Shown: positions 18,534 through 28,471 of the stretch, in pieces
Numbering within the stretch: position 1 is the stretch's first letter
How the letters are laid out: each line of letters opens with the position of its first letter
Assembly: GCA_937915375.1 (NCBI GenBank)
Contig: CALDMO010000012.1
Location: 3,915-67,914 of the forward strand
Reading direction: 5' to 3'
DNA: 64,000 nucleotides
Origin: an uncultured Marvinbryantia sp.
GTDB taxonomy: Bacteria; Bacillota; Clostridia; Lachnospirales; Lachnospiraceae
Notes under the pieces: generated by a model
Told to the model about the DNA's origin: nothing
The model's input: the letters and a program-made list of their open reading frames with translations, nothing else
Database searches by the model: none
Made by a program: the position numbers and the translations under genes

Positions 18534-20788
18534 GACCGTTAAAATTGACGATGTCTGCTTTTGGGCCGTATGCGCAGCAGACAGAAATAGATTTTGAGAA
18601 ACTGGGCGAGCGAGGGCTGTATTTGATTACCGGGGATACCGGTGCAGGAAAGACCACGATTTTTGACGCGCTTATTTTTGCGTTATATGGTGAAGCGAGC
18701 GGTAATCTGCGGGAGAACAGTATGTTTCGCAGCAAGTATGCGGAGGCACAGACACCGACCTGGGTGGAATTGACTTTTTTATATCGCGGGAAAGTGTATG
18801 TGGTCAGAAGAAATCCAGAATATCAGCGACCGAAAGACCGTGGCGAGGGAATGACCATGCAAAAGGCGGATGCGGTTCTGACGTATCCGGACGGTCATGT
18901 AGTGACTAAGGTAAAGGAAGTGACGGCGGCAGTAACAGAGCTGATTGGATTAAACCGCAGTCAGTTTATGCATATTGCTATGATCGCGCAGGGAAATTTT
19001 CAGCAGCTTCTGGTTGCCAAAACAGAGGAACGCGGTAAAATTTTCCGGGAGATTTTTCATACAAAACCGTATCTTGCGCTGCAGGAGCAGTTAAAAATGG
19101 ATGCGGCAAAGGAAAAGAGCGCCTATGAAACAGGGTGTATCAGTATTTTTCAGTATATGGACAGTATTTATTGTGAGCCGGAGCACCCCTGCCATTTGTT
19201 GACGGATCAGGCAAAACGAAGCAAAAGTGTGGAAACGCTGCCGGAATTTATCAGTGAGCTGACAGAACTGGTGGAAACGGAGCGCGGTTATCTGAAAAAA
19301 TTATCTGAAAATCTGAGGCAAATAGAAGAGAAACTGGTGGAGACGACGCGTCAGCTTGGCCGGATCGAGACCGCAAAAAGAGCAAGGGGACAGCTTGCGC
19401 GGGCGCAGGAAATTATTTCAGCAGAGGAAGTGCGTCTGCCGCAGCTGGCGGAGGCATTTGAAAAAGAACAGAAAAATGGTCCGCAGATCGAAGCGCTGGC
19501 GCTGCAGATTCGTCAGGACGAGCAGCAGGCACAGGAAGCGTATCGTGCGAACAGGGCATTGGAAGCTGCAAAAAAGCAGATGGAGCAGGCGCAGAGGGAA
19601 TATTTGAAAAACACGGAAGAGGTTCGTGTAAAACGCGAATATTATCAGAGACTGGAAAGATTGTTTTTTGACGCACAGGCGGGGATTTTGGCAGCAGCTT
19701 TAAAAGAAGGAGAAAAATGTCCGGTCTGCGGTTCTGTGCATCATCCGCAGCCGGCTGTCCTTTTGCAGGAAGCGCCGACTCAGAAGCAGCTGCAAGCGGA
19801 AAAAGAAGCGCTGCATTATCTGGAAGGAAAAACCGTAGAGCTAAGTAGCCGTGCCGGAGCTGCGCGCGGACAGGCAGAAAGAGCAAAAGAAGAGGCGCAG
19901 AAACAGCAAAAACAGGTGGTTCCGGCAGAGCAGATTGAAAAGAAGAGACAACATAAAAAACAGATGGAAGAACGACTGGAGACAGCGCGCAGGGAGTATG
20001 AAAAATGTAATCGTTTATTGGAACAGAACCGCTTGCTGGTAAAGACTCTGCGGGAGCAGCAGGCAGAGGTGCAGCTGGAAAAAGAGACGGAATTACAGGA
20101 AAAATGTGTAAAGCTGAAACAGGAAAAAGCAGTGCTTCAAAGAGAAAATGAGACATACAGTGTGCAGATGCGTACGAATGAACGAGCGCTAAAAGAAATT
20201 GATAAAAGAGCGAAGGCGGTAAAACAGACGGAGCAGACTTATATCTGGCTGAAAGCTCTGTCTGAAACCGCAAACGGCATGGTGAAAGGAAAAGACCGCG
20301 TTACGTTGGAAACATATATTCAAATGATGTATTTCGAGCGTATCATTGCCAGAGCAAATGTACGCCTGATGGTGATGTCCGGCGGGCAGTATGAGTTTCA
20401 GCGCAGGAAAGAGGCTGATAAGCGAAACAGCCAGAGCGGTCTGGAGTTAGATGTGATCGATCATTACAACGGAACGGTGCGCAGCGTGAAAACACTGTCC
20501 GGCGGAGAGACTTTTCAGGCATCTCTGTCTCTGGCACTGGGATTTTCGGATGAAATCCAGTCACAGGCTGGGGGAATCCAATTAGATACGATGTTTGTGG
20601 ACGAAGGATTTGGTTCTCTTGATGAGGAAGCGCTGAGTCAGGCGATCAAAGCACTGACGGAATTGACAGAAGGCAATCGTTTGGTTGGAATTATTTCTCA
20701 TGTGACGGAATTAAAAGAGCGCATTGAGCATCAGATTGTAGTTACGAAGGAAAGAAGCGGTGGAAGCGGGATAAAGATTGTGGTATGA
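18530..20788 (+). CDS. sbcC: SbcC/Rad50-family SMC ATPase
   Basis: Walker A GDTGAGKT, CPVC zinc hook, LSGGE signature, VDEGFGSLD; coupled to sbcD. Confidence 0.92.
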   Translation: MRPLKLTMSAFGPYAQQTEIDFEKLGERGLYLITGDTGAGKTTIFDALIFALYGEASGNLRENSMFRSKYAEAQTPTWVELTFLYRGKVYVVRRNPEYQRPKDRGEGMTMQKADAVLTYPDGHVVTKVKEVTAAVTELIGLNRSQFMHIAMIAQGNFQQLLVAKTEERGKIFREIFHTKPYLALQEQLKMDAAKEKSAYETGCISIFQYMDSIYCEPEHPCHLLTDQAKRSKSVETLPEFISELTELVETERGYLKKLSENLRQIEEKLVETTRQLGRIETAKRARGQLARAQEIISAEEVRLPQLAEAFEKEQKNGPQIEALALQIRQDEQQAQEAYRANRALEAAKKQMEQAQREYLKNTEEVRVKREYYQRLERLFFDAQAGILAAALKEGEKCPVCGSVHHPQPAVLLQEAPTQKQLQAEKEALHYLEGKTVELSSRAGAARGQAERAKEEAQKQQKQVVPAEQIEKKRQHKKQMEERLETARREYEKCNRLLEQNRLLVKTLREQQAEVQLEKETELQEKCVKLKQEKAVLQRENETYSVQMRTNERALKEIDKRAKAVKQTEQTYIWLKALSETANGMVKGKDRVTLETYIQMMYFERIIARANVRLMVMSGGQYEFQRRKEADKRNSQSGLELDVIDHYNGTVRSVKTLSGGETFQASLSLALGFSDEIQSQAGGIQLDTMFVDEGFGSLDEEALSQAIKALTELTEGNRLVGIISHVTELKERIEHQIVVTKERSGGSGIKIVV

Positions 20789-20868
20789 TACAAGTGTGAA
20801 AAGATGAGGTACGGAGAAATCCATGTATCATTAATAACTATATTTAAGATATTTTCGGAGAATCTGAT

Positions 20869-21453
20869 ATGGCAAAATTATATTTTCGTCACGGAGCGAT
20901 GGGCAGTTCCAAGACAGCGAATGCGTTGATGGTAGCATACAACTATTATGAGAGGGGAAAAGAAGCGCTTCTGGTAAAACCAAAACTGGATACCAGAGAT
21001 GAGGGTGTGGTTCGCAGCCGTATGGGGCTGGAGCAGAAATGTATTTATGTAGAAGATCTCGTGCAGATGAGGGATGAAGAAATCCTCAAATATGATTGTG
21101 TAATCGTTGATGAGGCACAGTTTTGTATAAAAAGCGATATTGAATTTTTTGTTCATATTGTGGACGATCTGGAAGTGCCGGTCATCTGTTATGGATTGCG
21201 CACGGATTTTCGGCGGGAATTATTTGAAGGAAGTATGTGGCTGCTGGCTTGGGCGGATGTGATCGAGGAATTAAAGACCGTCTGCTGGTGTGGACAGGGC
21301 GCGACCTGCAATACCCGCTTTACGCCGGACGGAGAGGTGATCCGTACCGGCGAACAGGTAGTAATGGGTGGAAACGACAGTTACACGGCGCTTTGCAGAA
21401 AGCATTATCGAGAGGGTAATCTTGGACCGCTTCATAATAAGAAAAAGGAATAA
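20869..21453 (+). CDS. tdk: Thymidine kinase
   Basis: GAMGSSKT, VDEAQF, YGLRTDF, Zn-lasso cysteines. Confidence 0.94.
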   Translation: MAKLYFRHGAMGSSKTANALMVAYNYYERGKEALLVKPKLDTRDEGVVRSRMGLEQKCIYVEDLVQMRDEEILKYDCVIVDEAQFCIKSDIEFFVHIVDDLEVPVICYGLRTDFRRELFEGSMWLLAWADVIEELKTVCWCGQGATCNTRFTPDGEVIRTGEQVVMGGNDSYTALCRKHYREGNLGPLHNKKKE

Positions 21454-21456
21454 TGT

Positions 21457-22881
21457 TTAATCGATACCAGTCAGTTCCTGATACAGCCGTTTGGCATAGC
21501 TGTCTGTCATTCCGCAGATTTCGTCAGTGACGAGCAGCAGGCGCAGGTACAGTTTTTCCTGTGCGGATTTTCCGGCGGCCTGTTTGCGGTAAATATATTT
21601 GTAATTGTTTGAAATAAGAGTCATCAGCTTGTCCTGTACATCGGTTAGCGGGTGTTCGGTGTCGTAATTGATGACAGCCGGAACAAATTGGTCGAGCAGA
21701 GAACCGAGGATAGCTGATGCGGCGATTTCCAATTTAAAAATCGGACGCGACACAAACGCATAGCGGTAAGCAATATCACTGAGGCGGTCATGCAGAGCGG
21801 CGCCATGTGTGGAACGGAACAAATCGCAGGTGTAGGTTCCGTCCATAATGGAACGGTAATTTTTGGTGAAACCATAGGTGGCGCAGGAAATCAGAAATCC
21901 CTGTACGCCGACAATCCAATTTGATACTGCATAATTTTCAGGGTCGGAAACATTTCGTTTCCGGCCGCTTTCATATTTACGTTCCAATCGTTCAACCATT
22001 TCCAGATAAACGGTCTGTTCCTCCGGCATCATACGGTTTAGCACTGCTTCAGAGCGCAGCTCTTCCAGTAAAATGCGATAGGTGACGTAGCCTTTTTTAT
22101 AAGCGTCTTCGATATCGGCAGCCAGATAGGCAATATCGTCGGCGGCTTCCAGTATGTAGCAGAGCGGATGTCGGCTGCCGTTTGTACCGGTATGCTGCTG
22201 AATTTTGTCAAAAAGATCTTTTTCGGCATAAAAATAGCCGAGCTTTTTATCCTTGATATTTCCGCTGTGTTTGTTGATTTCCAGAGAGGAAACCGGATAT
22301 TTAATGATGGTGTTCAGCAGTGCGTATGTCAGGTTCATACCATTGTCGTCTACGAGAAAATGCAGCTTAGAAACGAGGCGAAGCGCCTGCGCGTTGCCTT
22401 CAAAATAATAAAAATCGTTTACCATCTGCGCGGAGAGGATTTCCGTTAAAGGTGTTCCTTCAAACGTCAGTTTCGGCAGATGTTCACGAAACCAGTCGCG
22501 GATCGTAGTCTCGCCAAAGTGGCCAAAAGGTGGATTGCCGATGTCGTGGATCAAACCGGCACATTGAACGATGCTGGAAATATCCGCCTGCATCTGCAGA
22601 TCAAAGTACTCGTCGCGGCCGTTGCGGATGATGTATTGACCGATGTTCTGACCAAGTGACCGTGCAATTGAGGAGACCTCCATTGAGTGGGTCAGACGTG
22701 TGCGGATAAAATCGCTTTTATCAAGTGGAAAAACCTGTGTTTTATCCTGCAGACGGCGGAAAGACGCGCTTCCGATAATGCGGTGATAGTCTTTTTCAAA
22801 TTCACTGCGCAGATCAGCGGAATTAGGTGCACTGGTATAGCTTCGCACACGGTCGGAAGAGAGAAGGTTATTCCAATTCAT
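21457..22881 (-). CDS. dgt: dGTP triphosphohydrolase (HD domain)
   Basis: FRRLQDKTQVF, RTRLTHS, HDIGNPPFGH, EAADDIAY, GMTDSYA. Confidence 0.93.
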   Translation of the reverse strand: MNWNNLLSSDRVRSYTSAPNSADLRSEFEKDYHRIIGSASFRRLQDKTQVFPLDKSDFIRTRLTHSMEVSSIARSLGQNIGQYIIRNGRDEYFDLQMQADISSIVQCAGLIHDIGNPPFGHFGETTIRDWFREHLPKLTFEGTPLTEILSAQMVNDFYYFEGNAQALRLVSKLHFLVDDNGMNLTYALLNTIIKYPVSSLEINKHSGNIKDKKLGYFYAEKDLFDKIQQHTGTNGSRHPLCYILEAADDIAYLAADIEDAYKKGYVTYRILLEELRSEAVLNRMMPEEQTVYLEMVERLERKYESGRKRNVSDPENYAVSNWIVGVQGFLISCATYGFTKNYRSIMDGTYTCDLFRSTHGAALHDRLSDIAYRYAFVSRPIFKLEIAASAILGSLLDQFVPAVINYDTEHPLTDVQDKLMTLISNNYKYIYRKQAAGKSAQEKLYLRLLLVTDEICGMTDSYAKRLYQELTGID

Positions 22882-23371
22882 TCGTTTTGTCTCCTTTTAC
22901 GATAAAGTCAGCGCAGACAGCGTTGGCCGCACGAATAAAATCGTCCGGATTCAGTTTTAAAGTGATGCCAATCTTGCCGCCGCTGATATAGATCTGCGGA
23001 AAATGTTTGGCGCATTCCTGCAAAAAGACTGGAAATTGCTTTTTCATACCGATGGCGGTACAGCCGCCGCGTACATAGCCGGTGACTGGAGTGAGATCCT
23101 TCATGTGAAGCATTTCCATGGATTTTTCTCCGGCAGTTTTTGCTGCGCGTTTCAGATCGACTTCTTCGGCGATCGGCAGGACGAAAACGTAATAATTTTT
23201 GCTTTTTCCCTGCGCGACAAGTGTCTTAAAAGAAGCCTCGACGGGAGCGCCGGTAAGAGCGGCGGTATGCAGACCATCGATAAATTCGTCACATTCATAA
23301 GTAATCAGTTCATAGGGAATTTTTTTCTTTTCTAAAATGCGCATGGCATTTGTTTTGACTTCTTTTGCCAT
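22868..23371 (-). CDS. ybaK: Cys-tRNA(Pro) deacylase YbaK/EbsC
   Basis: KTNAMRIL, FKTLV, GYVRGGCTAIGMKK, SGGKIG. Confidence 0.92.
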   Translation of the reverse strand: MAKEVKTNAMRILEKKKIPYELITYECDEFIDGLHTAALTGAPVEASFKTLVAQGKSKNYYVFVLPIAEEVDLKRAAKTAGEKSMEMLHMKDLTPVTGYVRGGCTAIGMKKQFPVFLQECAKHFPQIYISGGKIGITLKLNPDDFIRAANAVCADFIVKGDKTNELE

Positions 23372-23526
23372 TTTCAAATCCTTTCTAATGCAGTTCTTTC
23401 CTGTTTGGCATTTTCAAATATATCTAGTATATCATAAATTTTATGTTTTTTTTACAGAAATCGCTGTAAAAATATGATATGTTTAATGTATAAGAAAACC
23501 AGAATTTTTAGGCAGGGAAGGTCAAT

Positions 23527-24228
23527 ATGAATTTTATAGAGCTTAAAAATGTATCGAAAATATATCGGATGGGCGAAGTGGATATTCGCGCAGTAGATGG
23601 GATTGAATTTGAGATCGCCAAGGGTGAATTTGTGGTGATTGTCGGTCCTAGCGGCGCCGGAAAGACGACTGTGCTCAATATTTTAGGCGGTATGGACACG
23701 GCGACAGAGGGTCAGGTGTATGTAGACGGTTATGATATTGCGAAATATAATGCGAAAAAGCTGACCGGGTATCGCAGAGAGGATATCGGGTTCGTTTTTC
23801 AGTTTTATAATCTGATTCCGAATCTGACGGCGCTGGAAAACGTGGAGCTGGCTTTGCAGATTTGCAAAGATCCGCTGGACGCGGAAGAGGTTCTGCGCGA
23901 GGTTGGTCTTGGCGACCGTTTGAAAAATTTCCCGGCTCAGCTTTCGGGCGGAGAGCAGCAGCGGGTGTCAATTGCGAGGGCGTTGGCGAAAAATCCAAAG
24001 CTTTTGCTTTGCGATGAGCCTACCGGGGCGTTGGATTACCAGACCGGAAAGGCGATTCTGAAACTTTTGCAGGATATGTGTCGGGAGAGAGGTATGACAG
24101 TGATTGTTATCACGCATAACTCTGCGATCGCTCCGATGGCCGATCGGGTGATCCGTATCAAGAATGGTAAGGTTGCAAATATGAAATTGAATGAAAATCC
24201 GATGTCGGTAATGGATATCGAATGGTAA
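23527..24228 (+). CDS. ABC transporter ATP-binding protein (LolD/MacB-like)
   Basis: [25 protein letters not shown]. Confidence 0.93.
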   Translation: MNFIELKNVSKIYRMGEVDIRAVDGIEFEIAKGEFVVIVGPSGAGKTTVLNILGGMDTATEGQVYVDGYDIAKYNAKKLTGYRREDIGFVFQFYNLIPNLTALENVELALQICKDPLDAEEVLREVGLGDRLKNFPAQLSGGEQQRVSIARALAKNPKLLLCDEPTGALDYQTGKAILKLLQDMCRERGMTVIVITHNSAIAPMADRVIRIKNGKVANMKLNENPMSVMDIEW

Positions 24229-24241
24229 AACAGGAGAATGT

Positions 24242-27200
24242 ATGAAAAAAAGGGCGCTGAGAAAAGATTTTTACATGGAAATCAAGAAGAGCCTGAATCG
24301 ATTTATTTCTATATTTTTAATTGTAGCGTTAGGCGTGGCATTCTATTCAGGCATTCAGTCAGCAGCTCCGGACATGCGCTATTCCGGAGATGCTTATTTT
24401 GATGCTCACAGATTGATGGATTTAAAGGTTATCGGTACCTTGGGGCTGACAGAAAAAGATGTTGAAGCGGTTGAAGCGGTTAAGGGAATTGAGGCGGCAG
24501 AACCCGGATATATGACGGATGCACTTTGCGGTGTCGGCACGGAACAGAAGGTGCTTCATCTGGAGTCTGTTTCTGAGACGCTCAATCAGCTGACGGCAAG
24601 CGAGGGACGTTTGCCTCAAAAAGCAGGCGAGATATTTGTAGATATTGAATTTTTGGATAGTTCTGGATATCGGATCGGGGATAAAATTACATTTTTTACA
24701 GAAGAAGAGGAAGAACTTCCGCTGAGACAGAAGACGTTTACGATTGTCGGTGCAGGGAGCAGTCCGCTTTATATTTCTTTTAACCGTGGGAATACGACAC
24801 TTGGAAATGGTGAATTGAGCGGCGCAGGCTATATTTTGCCGGAGGATTTTGATTCGGAGGTTTACACGCAGCTTTATTTGAGAGTGCATGAGGCTGACGA
24901 GCTGACGGCATATACAGATGCTTACGATAATTTAATTGAAACGGTTATGAGCCGTGTAGAAACGATTGCCGGAGAACGGTGTGAAATTCGTTACGCGGAA
25001 GTGATGGATGAGGCCGAAAGAAAGCTTGCGGATGCAAAACAGGAACTGGAAGATGGGAAAAAGGAAGGCGAAAGTGAGCTTGCGGATGCAAAAAAAGAGC
25101 TCAAAGATGGAGAAAAAGAACTGATCGAGGGAGAGAGCGAGCTAGAGGATGCCAGAAAGGAACTGGCTGACGGTGAAAAAGAACTGGCCGACGGAGAGCA
25201 GGAAATTGCCGATAATAAGATAATGCTTACGCAGAAACAGCAGGAACTGGAAGATGGGAAAGCTCAGCTATCTGACGGCTGGAATCAACTAAATGCCGGA
25301 AAACAGGAATTGGCGACGAAAGAGGCAGAATTTAACAGAGTATATGCTTCTTCCATGAAGGAAATCAAAGACGGAGAGAAGCAGCTGGCTAAGGCCGAGC
25401 AGCAGCTCGCTGACGGTCAGAAGAAATATGAGGCGGGACTGCAGGAGTATGAAACGGGGCTTGCGCAGTATCAGGCAGGGGAAGAGCAGTATGCGGCCGG
25501 ATTGGCCGAGTTTCAAAAACAGGAGGCTGCATGGCCGGATACAAAGGCAAATCTGGAGACAGAAAAAGCAAAGCTGGAGGAACAGCTTGCACAGGCAGAG
25601 GCCGCATATCCGCAGTTGGAAGCAGGACTTGTGCAGGCGCAGGAACAAAAGGCGGCTGCTGAAACAGCGGCTGCAGGTTTACAGACACAGCTTGACAGTG
25701 TAAACGGACAAATTTCCGTGCTGAACCAGTCGATTGCCGACGCAGAAGCGGCTATTCCGGCAAGACAGCAGGAAATTGCCGCGCTGGAAGCACAGATTCA
25801 GGATTTGGAAAATCAGTTAGAACAGATTATCTCACAGACGATTACTGTGCCGGAGATTACCGAGACGACGACAGAAGAGGAACTGGCGGAAATTGAGCGT
25901 CTGCGGGCAGAAGAGGCGGCAAGAGCGGCGTTGGAGGAAGAAATTAGACGCCAGATTGAAGAATTGCGCGCACAGATAGCAGCGCTTGATGCAGAAATTC
26001 AGCGGCTTACCGTGGTAAAAGCGGAAGCAGAGGCTGCGCTTCCGGGGCTGCAGGAGCAGGCGGCGGCTCTAACTGCACAGTTAGAGGCGGCACAGCAGGG
26101 ACTTTTTCAGGCAACTGAAGCGGTAAATAAACTGACGGCGCAGTTGAATACCTTAACTAGCAGTATTTCTGCGCTGCAGGATGGTATCCGACAATATGCG
26201 GACGGGATTGCGCAGGGCGAAGCGGGAATCGCGCAGGGAAGAGAAGAACTTGCCCAGACACGCGCGCAGCTGGATGCGGCGAAGGCGCAGCTTGACCAGA
26301 CTCCGGCAACCTTAGAAGCAGCGAAAAAAGAACTGGAAGACGGCGCGAAAGAAATAGAGGCGAACAAAAAGAAACTGAGCAGCGGAAGAATACAGCTTGA
26401 GAATGGTAAACGTCAGATTGAGGAGGCGAAAGCCCAGATTTCCGCGAATGAAGCGACTTTGATCCATTCACAGGCTGTTTTAACGGATGGTGAAAATCAG
26501 TTGGCTGCTGGATGGAGTCAGTTGGCTGAGGCAGAGCAAACGCTTGCAGACGCGAGAGAAGAACTGTCCGACGGCAGACAGGAAATTGCCGATGCGGAAA
26601 AAGAGATTTCTGATGGGAAAAAAGAACTGAAAGACGGTTGGAAAGAATATCGGGACGGATTAAAGGAATTTAGAGAAGAAATTGCCGATGCCGAAAAGAA
26701 AATCGCTGACGCAGAAGAAGAAATTGCTGATATCAAGTATCCGGAATGGATGGTAACAGATCGCAGCTCTCTGCCGGAAAATATCGGTTATGGAGAAAAT
26801 GCCGATCGTATCCGCAATATTGGGCAGGTATTTCCGGTGATGTTTTTCCTTGTGGCGGCGCTCATTAGTCTGACGACAATGACGCGTATGGTGGAGGAGG
26901 AACGTACGCAGATCGGTACGTTGAAGGCACTTGGTTACGGTAAGGCAGCGATTGCGTCTAAATACATGATGTATGCGCTTACAGCCACTCTTGGCGGCAG
27001 TATCTTTGGAATTTTGCTTGGTGAAAAATTACTGCCATATATAATTGTTACAGCGTATCGTATCATGTATCATCACATGACAGATATTGTGCTTCCATAT
27101 AATGTAACATACGCGTTTATGGCAACCGGAGCGGCTCTGTTTTGTACGTTGGGAGCGACTTTTGCAGCATGTGCTTCGGCGCTTGCAGATACACCAGCAG

Positions 27201-28417
27201 TTCTGATGCGTCCGCCTGCACCGAAAGAGGGAAAACGTGTTTTGTTAGAGCGACTTCCGTTTCTATGGAATCATATGAGCTTCATCTGGAAATCGACGAT
27301 GAGAAACCTGCTCCGTTATAAAAAGCGTTTTTTTATGACGGTGTTTGGTATCGGCGGATGTATGGCACTGATGCTGGTGGGGTATGGATTGAGAGATTCT
27401 ATTTCTGATATCGGAGAACTGCAGTATGGAACTTTGCAGCTCTATGATGGAATGATCATTCTGGACGGAGATGCTTCGGAGCAGGAAAAGGAAGATCTGA
27501 CAAAAGTGGTTTCTAATGACACTCATCTGGAAAATAGTATGAAAACGCTGATGCAGAAAATGAGCGTCGGTAAAGGGAAGAAATCCTGGGATCTTTATCT
27601 GATGGTGCCGGAAGATTTGACAAAAGCGTCTGATTTTCTGATATTCCGGGATCGGGAGACACATGAATCCCATATGCTTTCAGAGGAAGGCGCGATTGTA
27701 ACAGAAAAAATGGCTTCCCTGCTTGGTGTAGGAGTGGGAGACACGATTCTTTTGGAGGATGAGGATGATGTTTCTGTGGAAGTGCCGATTGCGGCGATCA
27801 CAGAAAATTATCTGTCACATTATGTTTATCTGACTCCAGGGCTATATGAGCAGTATTTCAAAAAAGCGCCGGAATACAATCAGATGATGTTCCGTGTAAA
27901 AGAAGACGGTGAACCTGCAGAAGAGATTGGAGAGTCTTTCCTGAAATATCCGGCTGCATTAAGCATTTCTTATTCGGGCAGCCTGATGACACAGGTAAAC
28001 GATATGCTCAGTACGCTGGATTCGGTTATTATTGTGCTGATTGTTTCGGCAGGACTGCTGGCATTTGTGGTATTATATAACCTGAGTAATATCAATATTA
28101 ATGAGCGGCGCCGGGAATTGGCGACAATTAAGGTACTCGGTTTTTACGACGGAGAGGTGGATGCCTATGTGTACCGTGAAAATATTCTGATTACGGTGAT
28201 TGGTATTCTTGCAGGGGTAATATTGGGAAAAATCCTTCATTATTTTGTGATCATTACCGTTGAGGTTGACGCAACTATGTTCGGACGCAATATTAATTTC
28301 CTGAGTTTTGTGATATCAGGCGTATTTACGGCGTTATTCTCCTTAATTGTCAATATTGTGATGCATTTTAAGCTGAAGAAGATTGATATGGTTGAGTCCT
28401 TAAAGAGTGTGGAATAA
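24242..28417 (+). CDS. FtsX-like ABC permease with very long extracellular coiled coil
   Basis: Two FtsX-type TM blocks (EERTQIGTLKALGY; ERRRELATIKVLGF) and a heptad-rich region at about aa 255-835. Confidence 0.9.
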   Translation: MKKRALRKDFYMEIKKSLNRFISIFLIVALGVAFYSGIQSAAPDMRYSGDAYFDAHRLMDLKVIGTLGLTEKDVEAVEAVKGIEAAEPGYMTDALCGVGTEQKVLHLESVSETLNQLTASEGRLPQKAGEIFVDIEFLDSSGYRIGDKITFFTEEEEELPLRQKTFTIVGAGSSPLYISFNRGNTTLGNGELSGAGYILPEDFDSEVYTQLYLRVHEADELTAYTDAYDNLIETVMSRVETIAGERCEIRYAEVMDEAERKLADAKQELEDGKKEGESELADAKKELKDGEKELIEGESELEDARKELADGEKELADGEQEIADNKIMLTQKQQELEDGKAQLSDGWNQLNAGKQELATKEAEFNRVYASSMKEIKDGEKQLAKAEQQLADGQKKYEAGLQEYETGLAQYQAGEEQYAAGLAEFQKQEAAWPDTKANLETEKAKLEEQLAQAEAAYPQLEAGLVQAQEQKAAAETAAAGLQTQLDSVNGQISVLNQSIADAEAAIPARQQEIAALEAQIQDLENQLEQIISQTITVPEITETTTEEELAEIERLRAEEAARAALEEEIRRQIEELRAQIAALDAEIQRLTVVKAEAEAALPGLQEQAAALTAQLEAAQQGLFQATEAVNKLTAQLNTLTSSISALQDGIRQYADGIAQGEAGIAQGREELAQTRAQLDAAKAQLDQTPATLEAAKKELEDGAKEIEANKKKLSSGRIQLENGKRQIEEAKAQISANEATLIHSQAVLTDGENQLAAGWSQLAEAEQTLADAREELSDGRQEIADAEKEISDGKKELKDGWKEYRDGLKEFREEIADAEKKIADAEEEIADIKYPEWMVTDRSSLPENIGYGENADRIRNIGQVFPVMFFLVAALISLTTMTRMVEEERTQIGTLKALGYGKAAIASKYMMYALTATLGGSIFGILLGEKLLPYIIVTAYRIMYHHMTDIVLPYNVTYAFMATGAALFCTLGATFAACASALADTPAVLMRPPAPKEGKRVLLERLPFLWNHMSFIWKSTMRNLLRYKKRFFMTVFGIGGCMALMLVGYGLRDSISDIGELQYGTLQLYDGMIILDGDASEQEKEDLTKVVSNDTHLENSMKTLMQKMSVGKGKKSWDLYLMVPEDLTKASDFLIFRDRETHESHMLSEEGAIVTEKMASLLGVGVGDTILLEDEDDVSVEVPIAAITENYLSHYVYLTPGLYEQYFKKAPEYNQMMFRVKEDGEPAEEIGESFLKYPAALSISYSGSLMTQVNDMLSTLDSVIIVLIVSAGLLAFVVLYNLSNININERRRELATIKVLGFYDGEVDAYVYRENILITVIGILAGVILGKILHYFVIITVEVDATMFGRNINFLSFVISGVFTALFSLIVNIVMHFKLKKIDMVESLKSVE

Positions 28418-28471
28418 AATGGGTTTTGATAGAAATTTGATTTTGAATAAATAGAAGACGAGGAAAGAAAT

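Noticed and set aside
19413..20273. 286-aa minus-strand ORF
   Set aside because: Antisense shadow of the sbcC coiled coil, with no recognisable motifs.
17400..22881. sbcDC + tdk + dGTPase as an anti-phage island
   Set aside because: All look like ordinary housekeeping orthologs with host-like composition. The dGTPase is convergent and coupled to ybaK, and there are no defence or mobility genes nearby.
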